A stretch of DNA of 32,000 bases from an uncultured bacterium (GTDB lineage: Bacteria; Margulisbacteria; WOR-1; CAVSGV01), in contig OY969425.1 of NCBI GenBank assembly GCA_963699255.1, positions 150,001 through 182,000 on the forward strand. The letters run 5' to 3'. A program made the translations under genes and the position numbers. The notes below the pieces were generated by a model, which ran no database searches, was not told where the DNA came from, and worked only from the letters and a program-made list of their open reading frames with translations. Positions 9,357-18,811 of the stretch are shown here, piece after piece; position 1 is the stretch's first letter, and every line of letters begins with the position of its first letter.

Positions 9357-10649
9357 ATGAACCTTCCTCTTTCAGGAAAGATCGATCATATCGGGCATCT
9401 TGAGATCGGCGGATGCGACGTATCCGACCTTGCGAAAAAATTCGGCACCCCCCTGTATATTCTTGATGAAAAGGATATAAGGGAGAGATGCCACGCGTAC
9501 AAGACCCTTTTCAAATCAAGATACCCGAATTCCGACATCATTTATGCGAGCAAAGCCCTTTCAACGATAGGCCTTTTAAAGATAATTTCCGATGAAGGGT
9601 TGGGTGTGGACGTGTCTTCCGGGGGCGAACTGTTCACCGCGCTTAAGGCGGGGGTCTCTCCAAGAAAGATTTATTTTCACGGCAACAATAAATCAAGCCA
9701 TGAGATAGAAGAAGGGCTCACGGCTTCGGTAAAGAGCTTTGTTGTCGATAATTTTGAGGAGCTTAAAGTGCTGGACGAGCTTAGCGTTAAAATGGGGAAA
9801 AGAACGCATGTTCTGATAAGGGTGAATCCGGGCGTTGAAGCCCACACTCATGAAGCGATCAAAACGGGCCAGACGGATTCGAAGTTCGGCATCGGGAAAG
9901 AGAAAGTCCTTGAGGCGGTAAAACAGATATCTTCCATGAGGAACGTGAAATATGCCGGGCTTCACGCTCATATAGGCTCGCAGATATTTGACGCTGAAGG
10001 GTTTATCGCGGAGATCGATATCCTTGTAGATCTCGCGAAACGGATCTATGGAGAGTTCAAGATCAAATCTGAAGAGTTGAGCATCGGCGGGGGCATAGGC
10101 ATACGATATGTTGATACCGACAAGCCCATGGAACTTGAAGACTTCGCTGAAGCCATTACAAGGAGAGTAAAGGAAGGGATCGCGTCGTATAAACTCCCAA
10201 TGCCTAAATTGATCCTTGAGCCTGGAAGATCGATCATCGGGAGGGCGGGGGTGACGCTGTACAGTATCGGGGTAATAAAAGAGATCCCCCGGATAAGAAA
10301 ATATGCTGTTATTGACGGGGGCATGTCCGATAACATAAGGCCCATGTTATACGATGCAAAGTATGAGCTTGTTGCTGCGGACAACATGAAAGCTAAAAAG
10401 ACGGAAAAGTATACCGTTGCCGGAAGGTTTTGCGAGTCCGGGGACGTGCTCGCAAAGGACGTGGAACTCCCGACCCTTAAAAGAGGGGGGCTTTTGGCCG
10501 TCCTTTGCACGGGGGCTTACAATTATTCAATGTCGAGCAATTACAACAGGGTACCGCGCCCGGCCATGGTGATCGTTAAGGACAGGAAAGCTAAACTCGT
10601 TTTAAAAAGGGAAACAAATGAGGACCTAGTTAGGAACGATATCAAATGA
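9357..10649 (+). CDS. lysA: diaminopimelate decarboxylase
   Basis: 430 aa with a PLP-dependent Orn/DAP/Arg decarboxylase pattern: YASKA, HIGSQ, GGGIG, EPGRSI, CESGD. Confidence 0.9.
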   Translation: MNLPLSGKIDHIGHLEIGGCDVSDLAKKFGTPLYILDEKDIRERCHAYKTLFKSRYPNSDIIYASKALSTIGLLKIISDEGLGVDVSSGGELFTALKAGVSPRKIYFHGNNKSSHEIEEGLTASVKSFVVDNFEELKVLDELSVKMGKRTHVLIRVNPGVEAHTHEAIKTGQTDSKFGIGKEKVLEAVKQISSMRNVKYAGLHAHIGSQIFDAEGFIAEIDILVDLAKRIYGEFKIKSEELSIGGGIGIRYVDTDKPMELEDFAEAITRRVKEGIASYKLPMPKLILEPGRSIIGRAGVTLYSIGVIKEIPRIRKYAVIDGGMSDNIRPMLYDAKYELVAADNMKAKKTEKYTVAGRFCESGDVLAKDVELPTLKRGGLLAVLCTGAYNYSMSSNYNRVPRPAMVIVKDRKAKLVLKRETNEDLVRNDIK

Positions 10650-11443
10650 ATTTCAGGCTTCTCGATCTGATCGATATTATCGTTGTGGCAGCCGCCATTT
10701 ACTATCTTCTTGTCTGGCTTCGCGGAACTCGCGCATTCGCGCTTATGCGGGGGCTGGCCGTGGTGCTTCTTTTGTACCTGGCCGGAAAGGTATTCGGTTT
10801 GTACACTACGACCTGGCTGCTTGAAAGACTCGGCCCTCTTATACTCGTCATAATAATAATTATTTTCCAGCCGGAGCTGAGGCGCACCCTTGAGCATATC
10901 GGGAGAGGAAGGGTCTTTGTTAGGCTTGGGATGACGGGCGGGGGAAGGGGCGCCATGATGGTCGGCAATATCGTTAAAGCCATTGAACAACTTTCCGAGG
11001 CAAAGATCGGGGCGCTGATAGCGATTGAAAGAAGCACGGGACTTTCCGAATTCCTTGAAAGCGGAGTAAAACTTGATGCCGAGATATCTTCCGAGCTCCT
11101 TGTCTCGATCTTTTTTCCGAAAAATCCAATTCACGACGGAGCCGTGATCATCCAGGGCGAGCGCATAGCATCTGCCGGATGCCTGTTCCCTTTATCTGAC
11201 ACAAAGCTTCTGGACAGGCGGCTCGGGACAAGGCACAGGGCTGCGGTCGGCATGAGCGAACAAACTGACGCCCTCGTATTCGTGGTTTCGGAAAAAACGG
11301 GGATAATATCCATGGCCGAGAACGGATATCTCTCAAGGAACATCTCCACAGAGATGCTTGAAGAGAAACTTTTCGATCTGTACAAAGCGAGTCCATCCCG
11401 GAAAGAACGGGTTGGCCTGCGAAAGGCGGCAAAAAAGGCTTGA
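10646..11443 (+). CDS. cdaA: membrane-anchored diadenylate cyclase (CdaA/DacA type)
   Basis: 265 aa. Hydrophobic N-terminal helices are followed by a DisA_N domain with HDGAVIIQG and GTRHRAAVG motifs. Confidence 0.85.
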   Translation: MNFRLLDLIDIIVVAAAIYYLLVWLRGTRAFALMRGLAVVLLLYLAGKVFGLYTTTWLLERLGPLILVIIIIIFQPELRRTLEHIGRGRVFVRLGMTGGGRGAMMVGNIVKAIEQLSEAKIGALIAIERSTGLSEFLESGVKLDAEISSELLVSIFFPKNPIHDGAVIIQGERIASAGCLFPLSDTKLLDRRLGTRHRAAVGMSEQTDALVFVVSEKTGIISMAENGYLSRNISTEMLEEKLFDLYKASPSRKERVGLRKAAKKA

Positions 11444-12234
11444 ATATCACTACGCATTCTCTTAAGGAAATGAAATCCGCCAAAAAGAAGATCGCGATGC
11501 TGACCGCTCATGACTATCCTACGGCGAGACTTCTTGATGAATCGGGAATAGACATAATACTTGTCGGGGACTCATTGGGGAACTCTGTCCTGGGCTATGA
11601 GAATACCATTCCCGTCACGATGGACGAAATGCTCCATCACACAAAGGCGGTCACAAGGGGAGTTAAGAAAGCGATGGTCGTCGGGGACATGCCTTTCATG
11701 TCGTATCAGCTGAGCCCCGAACAGGCGCTTTTGAACGCATCCAGGTTCATAAAGGAAGGCGGGGCGAACGGGGTCAAGGTCGAAGGATCTGTATATTTGG
11801 ATTCGATCAAGAAGATAATCGATGCGGGGATCCCCGTTATGGGGCACCTCGGCTTTACTCCTCAGGCGGTCAATCAACTGGGCGGGTATCGCGTTCAGGG
11901 AAGGACGGCTGCCGAGGGCAGCAAAATATTAGCGGCGGCAAAAGCCCTTGAAAAGGCAGGTGTGTTTGCCATTGTGATTGAAATGGTTCCGCCTGATCTG
12001 TCAAAAAAAATATCGCAGGCGCTTGATATTCCGACCATAAGCTGCGGCGGGGGGCCGGGTTGTGACGGACAGGTCCTTGTGCTGAACGATCTTTTGGGAT
12101 TAACAGAAGAAAGTTGTACGCCAAAATTCGTCAAGAAATACGCGAATTTGAACAAGGAAATAAGATCAGCCGTTTCCGCTTATATTTCCGATGTTAAGAG
12201 CGGAAAGTTTCCCGGTAAAGAGAATACATATTAG
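11440..12234 (+). CDS. panB: 3-methyl-2-oxobutanoate hydroxymethyltransferase
   Basis: 264 aa with MLTAHDYPTA, VGDSLGN and the GFTPQ region typical of KPHMT. Confidence 0.9.
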   Translation: MNITTHSLKEMKSAKKKIAMLTAHDYPTARLLDESGIDIILVGDSLGNSVLGYENTIPVTMDEMLHHTKAVTRGVKKAMVVGDMPFMSYQLSPEQALLNASRFIKEGGANGVKVEGSVYLDSIKKIIDAGIPVMGHLGFTPQAVNQLGGYRVQGRTAAEGSKILAAAKALEKAGVFAIVIEMVPPDLSKKISQALDIPTISCGGGPGCDGQVLVLNDLLGLTEESCTPKFVKKYANLNKEIRSAVSAYISDVKSGKFPGKENTY

Positions 12235-12339
12235 AAGCCCGGATAAGTGTTTAGTGTGAGTGTGAGTAATTAGTAGTGAGTTTATTGTTTCTGATTTGCT
12301 CAAGACTCAGGACTCAAACTCACGCTCGTTACTTTGCGT

Positions 12340-12413
<74 letters not shown>

Positions 12414-12433
12414 AGTTTTCATTGCCGTAGGTC

Positions 12434-12455
12434 GCCCCGACGGAACGTCGGGGGC
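12434..12455 (+). terminator. GC-rich hairpin downstream of the tRNA (CCCCGACG-GAA-CGTCGGGG), with no U-tract
   Basis: 8-bp perfect stem read directly from the sequence. The lack of a T-run makes a terminator function uncertain. Confidence 0.3.
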
Positions 12456-12491
12456 TGGGCATATATACTTGAAATGCACGGTACAATACAT

Positions 12492-13001
12492 ATGAACATC
12501 ATACTCATAGGCTTTATGGGGGTCGGAAAAACAGAGGTCGGAAAGCTTCTGGCCAAAAAGTTGAAAATGACCTATATCGACACGGACGCGATCATTGAAA
12601 AAGAACAGAAAATGACGATCAATGACATCTTTGACAAAAAAGGGGAAGAAATCTTCCGTGAGATGGAGACAGGGTTATTGGACGAATTGAGCGCGCTCGA
12701 AGATCACGTGATATCTACCGGCGGCGGGATCATACTGAGGCCCGGCAACGTTAAAAAACTGAAAAGTATGGGGCCTTTGATACTTCTCTGGGCGGATCCC
12801 GATACGGTATATGAAAGGGTAAAAGGGGAGGGCACAAGACCGCTCCTTAATGTTGCCGATCCGAGGGGAAAGATCAAGGAGATACTGCAGTTCAGGGCGC
12901 CTATTTATAAAGGGATAGCCGACCTCAAGGTGGATACTTCGCGGTTGTCACCCGAAGAGGCAAGTAATAAAATAGTGAAGTTCATAAAGGAAGGGGAATG
13001 A
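12492..13001 (+). CDS. aroK: shikimate kinase
   Basis: The P-loop GFMGVGKT lies right at the N-terminus if the start is ATG 12492; the tracked ORF starts at 12474. The size (~170 aa) and the position next to aroB also fit. Confidence 0.85.
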   Translation: MNIILIGFMGVGKTEVGKLLAKKLKMTYIDTDAIIEKEQKMTINDIFDKKGEEIFREMETGLLDELSALEDHVISTGGGIILRPGNVKKLKSMGPLILLWADPDTVYERVKGEGTRPLLNVADPRGKIKEILQFRAPIYKGIADLKVDTSRLSPEEASNKIVKFIKEGE

Positions 13002-14119
13002 TGGACAAGATAAGGGTTAATCTGGGGGAGAACAGCTACAATATAAATGTGGGTAGCGGCGCTCTGAAGGAATTCGGGACGGCACTGAAAAAAGTGAACA
13101 GCTACGAGAAGATAGTGATCATTACAGATCCTCTTGTCAACGAGCTCTGGGGAGGGATATTAAGGAGCAGCCTTAAGTCGGAAGGTTTCAGTTTTGAGGT
13201 TATAGAGGTTCCAAGGGGTGAGCGCAACAAGAATCTTCGGGTCGCGTTCAACATATATGACAAGCTGGTGAAGTTCGAGGTCCACAGGGACTGCTGCATA
13301 ATAGCCTTTGGAGGCGGGGTCATAGGGGACCTTGCGGGATTCGTCGCCGCGACGTTCATGAGGGGCACGTACCTTGTGCATGTGCCCACAACACTGCTTG
13401 CCCAAGTCGATTCAAGTATAGGCGGAAAGACTTCCGTCAATCATCCAAAAGGGAAGAACCTGATCGGTGTTTTTTATCAACCCCTGTTCGTACACAGTGA
13501 CGTGGAGGCGCTGACAACGCTGTCCCAAAAAGAGATCAGCACGGGGCTTGCGGAAGTAATAAAATACGGCGTCATAGAGGATGAGGATTTCTTCAAGTTC
13601 CTTGAGGCCAATTCCCATCATCTTAATACCAAGGCGTTCGAGGATCCCGACACCCTGAAGGCAGCGCTCAAAGTGTGGCAGACGATCGTTACCGAATGCT
13701 GCAAGATAAAGGCGGGGATAGTCGAAAAAGATGAAAAAGAAAGAGGCATTAGGATGGTGCTTAACTACGGTCACACCATCGGCCACGCTATAGAAACAGT
13801 GACAAAGTACAATATGTATAATCACGGCGAAGCGGTTTCCATAGGCATGGTAGCCGCCGCGATGATATCCAATGAAATGGACATGCTTGATGCTTCGGCG
13901 GTGAGCAGGATAAAGGTGCTTCTTGAAAAACTTAAACTGCCGACATCCGTTGACGGCCTTTCTGTCGCCAAGATAATCAACGGTCTAAAGGTGGACAAGA
14001 AGATCAGGGAGGGGAAAATCAAGTTCGTGCTGCCCAAAGGGGTCGGGAAGGTCGAGATAAGGGATGATGTCCCTATTCCCGTTGTGAGAAGGGTCCTTAA
14101 GACATTGGGGTGCAAGTAA
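12998..14119 (+). CDS. aroB: 3-dehydroquinate synthase
   Basis: 373 aa with the [11 protein letters not shown] glycine-rich motif and metal-binding contexts [11 protein letters not shown] and HGEAVSIGM. Confidence 0.9.
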   Translation: MMDKIRVNLGENSYNINVGSGALKEFGTALKKVNSYEKIVIITDPLVNELWGGILRSSLKSEGFSFEVIEVPRGERNKNLRVAFNIYDKLVKFEVHRDCCIIAFGGGVIGDLAGFVAATFMRGTYLVHVPTTLLAQVDSSIGGKTSVNHPKGKNLIGVFYQPLFVHSDVEALTTLSQKEISTGLAEVIKYGVIEDEDFFKFLEANSHHLNTKAFEDPDTLKAALKVWQTIVTECCKIKAGIVEKDEKERGIRMVLNYGHTIGHAIETVTKYNMYNHGEAVSIGMVAAAMISNEMDMLDASAVSRIKVLLEKLKLPTSVDGLSVAKIINGLKVDKKIREGKIKFVLPKGVGKVEIRDDVPIPVVRRVLKTLGCK

Positions 14120-15330
14120 TGATAGAACCGGAAAAGCAGCTTGAGATAATCAAAGAGGGCTGCGCGGAGATAATACCCGAGGCAGAGCTTTTACAGAAGC
14201 TGAAAAAGAAAAAACAGCTCAGGGTAAAGTGGGGTGCCGATCCTTCGGCTCCCGATATCCACCTGGGGCATACGGTCGTCATAAGGAAGCTTAAGGCCTT
14301 CCAGGACCTGGGACATAAGGTGATATTCATAATCGGCGACTTTACTGGCATGATAGGCGACCCTTCAGGAAAGTCCGCGACAAGGCCGGCGCTCTCAAGG
14401 GAAGAAGTGGAGAAGAACGCCAGGACATACAAAGAACAGGTCTTCAAGATACTGGACCCCAAAAAGACGGAGATAGTTTACAACAGCAAATGGCTTTCAA
14501 AACTGACCCTGGAGAACATAATCAACCTCGCTGCAAAATATACGGTAGCCAGGATGCTCGAGCGGGACGATTTCATAAAAAGATACACCGAGCAGAAACC
14601 CATATCTATACACGAATTCCTGTATCCCCTCATACAGGGGTATGATTCGGTGATGGTGAAGGCGGATGTCGAGATAGGCGGTACGGACCAGAAGTTCAAC
14701 CTTCTTGTTGGAAGGGAGCTTCAGAGGGAGTTCAACGAAGAGCCTCAGGTTGTCATGACAATGCCGCTCCTCGAAGGGCTGGACGGCGTCCAGAAGATGA
14801 GCAAGTCGCTCAATAACTATATCGGGGTTACCGATACTCCAAAGGATATCTTCGGAAAGACGATGTCGATCCCGGACAGCTTGATGATGAAATATTACGC
14901 GCTGCTGACAGGGCTGCCGAAATACGAGACCGACAAGATAAGCGAGGGATTGAAGAATAATATCCTTCATCCAAAGGACGTGAAGAAGCGGCTGGCAAAA
15001 ATACTTGTTAGCGCATTTTACGGGAATGACCAGGCCGATAAGGCGGAGCGTGAATTCGAGAGTGTTTTTAAGGAAGGCGGTTTGCCTGATAACATCCCTG
15101 AGGTTTCGGTCCCCCCCAATGTATATGAGGGGGATCAGGTAAACATACCGAAACTTCTCGTATCAAGTGGAGCTACAATAAGTAATTCAGAAGGCATTAG
15201 GTTGATCAAGCAGGGGGGGGTCTTCATAAGCGGAAAACCCGTTCTTGATACGATATGGAATGGGGACATCGATGGAAAGATCCTCAAAGTTGGGAAAAGA
15301 AAATTCTATAAGATAATAAAAGGTAAATAA
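14119..15330 (+). CDS. tyrS: tyrosine--tRNA ligase
   Basis: Class I HIGH (HLGH) and KMSKS motifs plus a C-terminal S4-like domain. The start is either ATG 14119 (TAATG overlap with the aroB stop) or GTG 14110. Confidence 0.9.
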   Translation: MIEPEKQLEIIKEGCAEIIPEAELLQKLKKKKQLRVKWGADPSAPDIHLGHTVVIRKLKAFQDLGHKVIFIIGDFTGMIGDPSGKSATRPALSREEVEKNARTYKEQVFKILDPKKTEIVYNSKWLSKLTLENIINLAAKYTVARMLERDDFIKRYTEQKPISIHEFLYPLIQGYDSVMVKADVEIGGTDQKFNLLVGRELQREFNEEPQVVMTMPLLEGLDGVQKMSKSLNNYIGVTDTPKDIFGKTMSIPDSLMMKYYALLTGLPKYETDKISEGLKNNILHPKDVKKRLAKILVSAFYGNDQADKAEREFESVFKEGGLPDNIPEVSVPPNVYEGDQVNIPKLLVSSGATISNSEGIRLIKQGGVFISGKPVLDTIWNGDIDGKILKVGKRKFYKIIKGK

Positions 15331-15331
15331 T

Positions 15332-15847
15332 ATGACCAACAATAGGATAGGCTTCGGTTACGACGTCCACAAGCTTGTGAAAGGAAGAAAGTTGATAATC
15401 GGCGGCGTCGAGATAAAGTTCAAAAAAGGACTTGCCGGCCATTCCGATGCCGATGTCCTTGTACATGCTATCATCGATTCTTTGATTGGGGCTATGGGAG
15501 AACATGACATAGGATTTCATTTTCCGACGAACGACCCGAAGTATAAGGGAATTTCGAGCCTCCTTATGCTGGAAAAGATATCAGACCTCGTAAGATCAAA
15601 GGGATACACTGTAATAAATATCGACTCCACGGTCGTCGCGGAAGCCCCAAAGATCAGCCCGTATACAAGAGAGATGCGGATGAACATATCATCAGTTCTC
15701 GGCATTCCCGAGAACTGCGTCAATATCAAAAGCAAAACTGAGGAAGGGCTTGGCTTCACGGGAAAAGGGCAGGGCATAGCCGCTTACGCAGTATCCCTCA
15801 TAGAAGGCAATATTCTCCAATATGCCACAAATCTCTTCAAGAGATGA
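15332..15847 (+). CDS. ispF: 2-C-methyl-D-erythritol 2,4-cyclodiphosphate synthase
   Basis: 171 aa with IGFGYDVH and GHSDADVLVHA motifs. Confidence 0.9.
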   Translation: MTNNRIGFGYDVHKLVKGRKLIIGGVEIKFKKGLAGHSDADVLVHAIIDSLIGAMGEHDIGFHFPTNDPKYKGISSLLMLEKISDLVRSKGYTVINIDSTVVAEAPKISPYTREMRMNISSVLGIPENCVNIKSKTEEGLGFTGKGQGIAAYAVSLIEGNILQYATNLFKR

Positions 15848-18237
15848 AGCAAAAAGTTAAACTCGGAGTGAACATAGATCACGTTGCCACTTTGCGCCAG
15901 GCCAGGCTTGAGGGCTATCCTGATATCATCGAAGCGGCCAGGCTTGCCATTGCGGGCGGCGCCGACTCTATTGTCGCGCACCTTCGTGAGGACAGGCGCC
16001 ACATAAATGACGAAGATATTCGTTTAATAAGAAAGCTGAAAACCCACTTTGACCTTGAAATGGCTGCCACGGACGAAATGCTGAAGATAGCTTTGAGGGT
16101 CAAACCCGATATGGCGACAATAGTGCCTGAAAAAAGGCAGGAGCTTACTACCGAAGGCGGCCTTGATGTTAAAGGGAACCTCCCGAGGCTGACGGAATAT
16201 GCAAGAAAGCTCGAGGGTGCCGGCATAAGGGTAAGCCTTTTTGTCGATCCGATCGAGGATCAAATAAGAGCGTCTTCACGCACAGGAGCATCCTTTATTG
16301 AGCTCCACACAGGAGCTTACTCCCGTTCTTACTCAAAGAAGGACCTTAACGATGTCGCCAGCTCTGTTATTCTTGCAAAAGATCTGGGTCTCAGGGTGAA
16401 TGCCGGGCACGGCCTGAATTATGATAATGCGGCTCCTGTTGCAAAGCTTGACGGCATAGAGGAGCTGAACATCGGGTTCAGCATCATTGCCAGGAGCGTT
16501 TTTACGGGGCTGAAAAAAGCAACGGCAGACATGAAAAAGCTTTTATTGTTTTTTATAGTTTTTGTATCATTATGCGCGTGTTCATATTCGGCAACAAAAG
16601 AAGCTGTTCCGACACCGAAGATTGCAAAGACGCCGACGGTCGAAACTGCCGTATCGCCCTCTACGCCGGAAGCGGTCCCCGATTGGCTTAAGAGTCTCGG
16701 CGTGTCCACTAAAGCCTCAACCCTCGAACCTGGACAGAACACGGGTATGGCAAAGACGCCGACGGTCGAAACTACCGCATCGCCCTCTACGCCGGAAGCG
16801 GTCCCCGATTGGCTTAAGGATCTTGGCGTGTCCGTTAAGGCTTCAACCCTTGAAAGTACTCCTCCTCCGGAAAAAGAGAAACCTGTCTTCAGTGATGTTC
16901 CTCCGGATCACTGGGCGGCGCATTCAGTGAACAGCCTGGTGAAGATGGGGATCACGCAGGGTTATCCCGACGGCACTTTCAGGGGAGGCAACTACATATC
17001 AAGGTATGAGGCCGCGGTCTTCCTGTCTAAAATGGCTCACGCGGGGCAGGAGAAAGCTGCCGCCGATGAAAAACTCGTTGAGGAATTAAGGGCTGAGATC
17101 TACAAGATAAGGTATACTCTGGACCTGTACAAGAGGCCGCCTGAAAAGAAGACGCCCGTTTCCGCGACTTTTTATGCAAGGACCATAGTTGGAAATATCG
17201 TCTCAGCCAATTCCGCATCTTCCGCGATCAATGCGCCGCTGGGCCCGGTGTTCGACTACAGGCTGCAGGCCTCATACAAGCAGGAATTCGATGAGGACAC
17301 GTTCGTCAGGATAGGAATGGATACCATGGACTCGGCAAGGTCGGGCGGAAGGGATCTTGTGAAGGAAATGCTCGAGGGCGAGGCGCAGGCGATGACCAAG
17401 TCGGGGTTTGGAGTCAACGTGACCAGCGGTCCGGGGCTTGTGATACACAGAGAAGGCCCGGACAATATTTTCCCTTCCGAGGATTACACGGTATATGTAA
17501 GGCCTAATAACGGGATAAAGCTTTTTTATGAGAACGGGGAGCTTGACACGGGAATAGGATATAAGGCGACCACCGTTGCTACTGACGGGGCAGCAGGCGT
17601 GAACGATGCTTACGCATATGTTGCCTACAGTTTCAATAACACTTTCGTGGGAGATCTCACCGTTAAGTATTCGGCGGATCTTTTCAATAATGATCTGAGG
17701 GCGACTTATTCGACAGCAGAGTCGACCATAAATATGTATGAAATGGATATCGTTCCCAGTAAACAGCTTGAATTCGGGTTGAAATTAGGCGCTTCCTCAA
17801 GCCAGCAAACCTCGCATAATATTTTTGCGGGAATAAGCGTCATAACAAAAGACCTGATACGCAGCGGAAGCGCCATTAAATTGTTCGCGAACAAGATAGG
17901 CAGTGATTTCTTTGGCTACCCGGTTTATCCGGCGATAACCGGGGTCAATCTGTTCAATAAACTTTACCAGCCATCCACGTATGACATCGGGATGGAAATT
18001 TCCCAGGTTGTATCCAGGGCTCTTTCGCTTAAAATGATAGGCGATGTCGTTACGGGCCCCACCGGGCTGTACGGCGAGGATGAACCAAGCTCAAATGCCA
18101 CGTTCGAGCTCGACATGGATTACGGCCTGTTCGAAGGAGGTACCCTGAATTTCGGGTACAGGACATACCAGAACCCGAGTGCGACCGAAAATGCGACATC
18201 AGATATGCTAATGCTCGGTTTCAGGTATAATATTTAG
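15844..18237 (+). CDS. pdxJ: pyridoxine 5'-phosphate synthase (aa 1-~235) continuing, with no stop codon, into an SLH-domain / coiled-coil / beta-barrel (OmpM-type) protein
   Basis: 797-aa uninterrupted ORF. The N-terminal 230 aa carry PdxJ hallmarks (LGVNIDHVATLRQAR, HLREDRRHI, EMAAT, PEKRQELTTEGGLDV, NAGHGLNY, ELNIGFSII). From aa 230 comes a signal-peptide-like MKKLLLFFIVFVSLCAC. Confidence 0.8.
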   Translation: MKQKVKLGVNIDHVATLRQARLEGYPDIIEAARLAIAGGADSIVAHLREDRRHINDEDIRLIRKLKTHFDLEMAATDEMLKIALRVKPDMATIVPEKRQELTTEGGLDVKGNLPRLTEYARKLEGAGIRVSLFVDPIEDQIRASSRTGASFIELHTGAYSRSYSKKDLNDVASSVILAKDLGLRVNAGHGLNYDNAAPVAKLDGIEELNIGFSIIARSVFTGLKKATADMKKLLLFFIVFVSLCACSYSATKEAVPTPKIAKTPTVETAVSPSTPEAVPDWLKSLGVSTKASTLEPGQNTGMAKTPTVETTASPSTPEAVPDWLKDLGVSVKASTLESTPPPEKEKPVFSDVPPDHWAAHSVNSLVKMGITQGYPDGTFRGGNYISRYEAAVFLSKMAHAGQEKAAADEKLVEELRAEIYKIRYTLDLYKRPPEKKTPVSATFYARTIVGNIVSANSASSAINAPLGPVFDYRLQASYKQEFDEDTFVRIGMDTMDSARSGGRDLVKEMLEGEAQAMTKSGFGVNVTSGPGLVIHREGPDNIFPSEDYTVYVRPNNGIKLFYENGELDTGIGYKATTVATDGAAGVNDAYAYVAYSFNNTFVGDLTVKYSADLFNNDLRATYSTAESTINMYEMDIVPSKQLEFGLKLGASSSQQTSHNIFAGISVITKDLIRSGSAIKLFANKIGSDFFGYPVYPAITGVNLFNKLYQPSTYDIGMEISQVVSRALSLKMIGDVVTGPTGLYGEDEPSSNATFELDMDYGLFEGGTLNFGYRTYQNPSATENATSDMLMLGFRYNI
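16531..18237 (+). other. OmpM-like outer-membrane protein portion: signal/lipobox-like peptide, 2 x 42-aa repeat, SLH domain (16888-17034), short coiled coil, C-terminal beta-barrel-like region
   Basis: In-frame ATG at 16531. SLH-type sequence: FSDVPPDHWAAHSVNSLVKMGITQGYPDGTFRGGNYISRYEAAVFLSKM. The C-terminal ~360 aa show alternating hydrophobic/aromatic strand-like patterns and end with LMLGFRYNI. Confidence 0.6.
16624..16855 (+). repeat. tandem direct repeat, 2 x 126 bp (42 aa: AKTPTVET.ASPSTPEAVPDWLK.LGVS.KASTLE)
   Basis: Unit 1 starts at 16624 and unit 2 at 16750. Nucleotide identity by eye is high. Confidence 0.9.
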
Positions 18238-18258
18238 CGGGCAGATCAAGGGGGGCAC

Positions 18259-18696
18259 ATGAAGATAGCTATAGGTTCTGATCATGGGGGATTTGTGTTG
18301 AAGGAAGAGATAAAGAGACATCTTTTGTCTCTCCGTCTCCCTTTCAAGGATTTCGGAACGTTCAATGAGGTATCCGTGGATTATCCGGATATCGGGAAAC
18401 GCGTTGCGAGATCCGTAGCCTCAAAAAAATTCAGGTTCGGGATACTCTTTTGCGGAACAGGCGAGGGTATGGCGATGGTAGCCAATAAAGTGAAAGGCAT
18501 CAGGGCCGCGGTCTGCCACAATGTCTATACCGCAAGGATGAGCAGGGCGCACAACGACGCGAACATTTTAAGCCTTGGCGGAAGGGTCCTGAAGAAGGCA
18601 ATGGCCGTAAAGATAGTGGATGTCTTTCTTAAAACGCCTTTTGAGGGCGGCAGGCACCTGAGGAGGGTGCGTAAAATCGAATTGAGGACGCGGTAG
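18259..18696 (+). CDS. rpiB: ribose-5-phosphate isomerase B
   Basis: 145 aa with RpiB/LacAB features IAIGSDHGG and FCGTGEGMAMVANK. Confidence 0.85.
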   Translation: MKIAIGSDHGGFVLKEEIKRHLLSLRLPFKDFGTFNEVSVDYPDIGKRVARSVASKKFRFGILFCGTGEGMAMVANKVKGIRAAVCHNVYTARMSRAHNDANILSLGGRVLKKAMAVKIVDVFLKTPFEGGRHLRRVRKIELRTR

Positions 18697-18811
18697 CGTA
18701 TGGCGAACCGTTTTGCGTTGAGCGTGACGCGTGACGATGGACACTTGACGATTCTCATGACGCAACCGCAGGACGGCATACACAATACGATAAAATAGGA
18801 GCATTTTAATA

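Noticed and set aside
10541-11511. Minus-strand ORFs of 111-197 aa overlapping lysA, cdaA and panB, plus similar antisense ORFs across aroB, tyrS and cimA
   Set aside because: They are antisense to confidently identified conserved genes, and their translations are Arg/Pro/Ser-rich. They are shadows.
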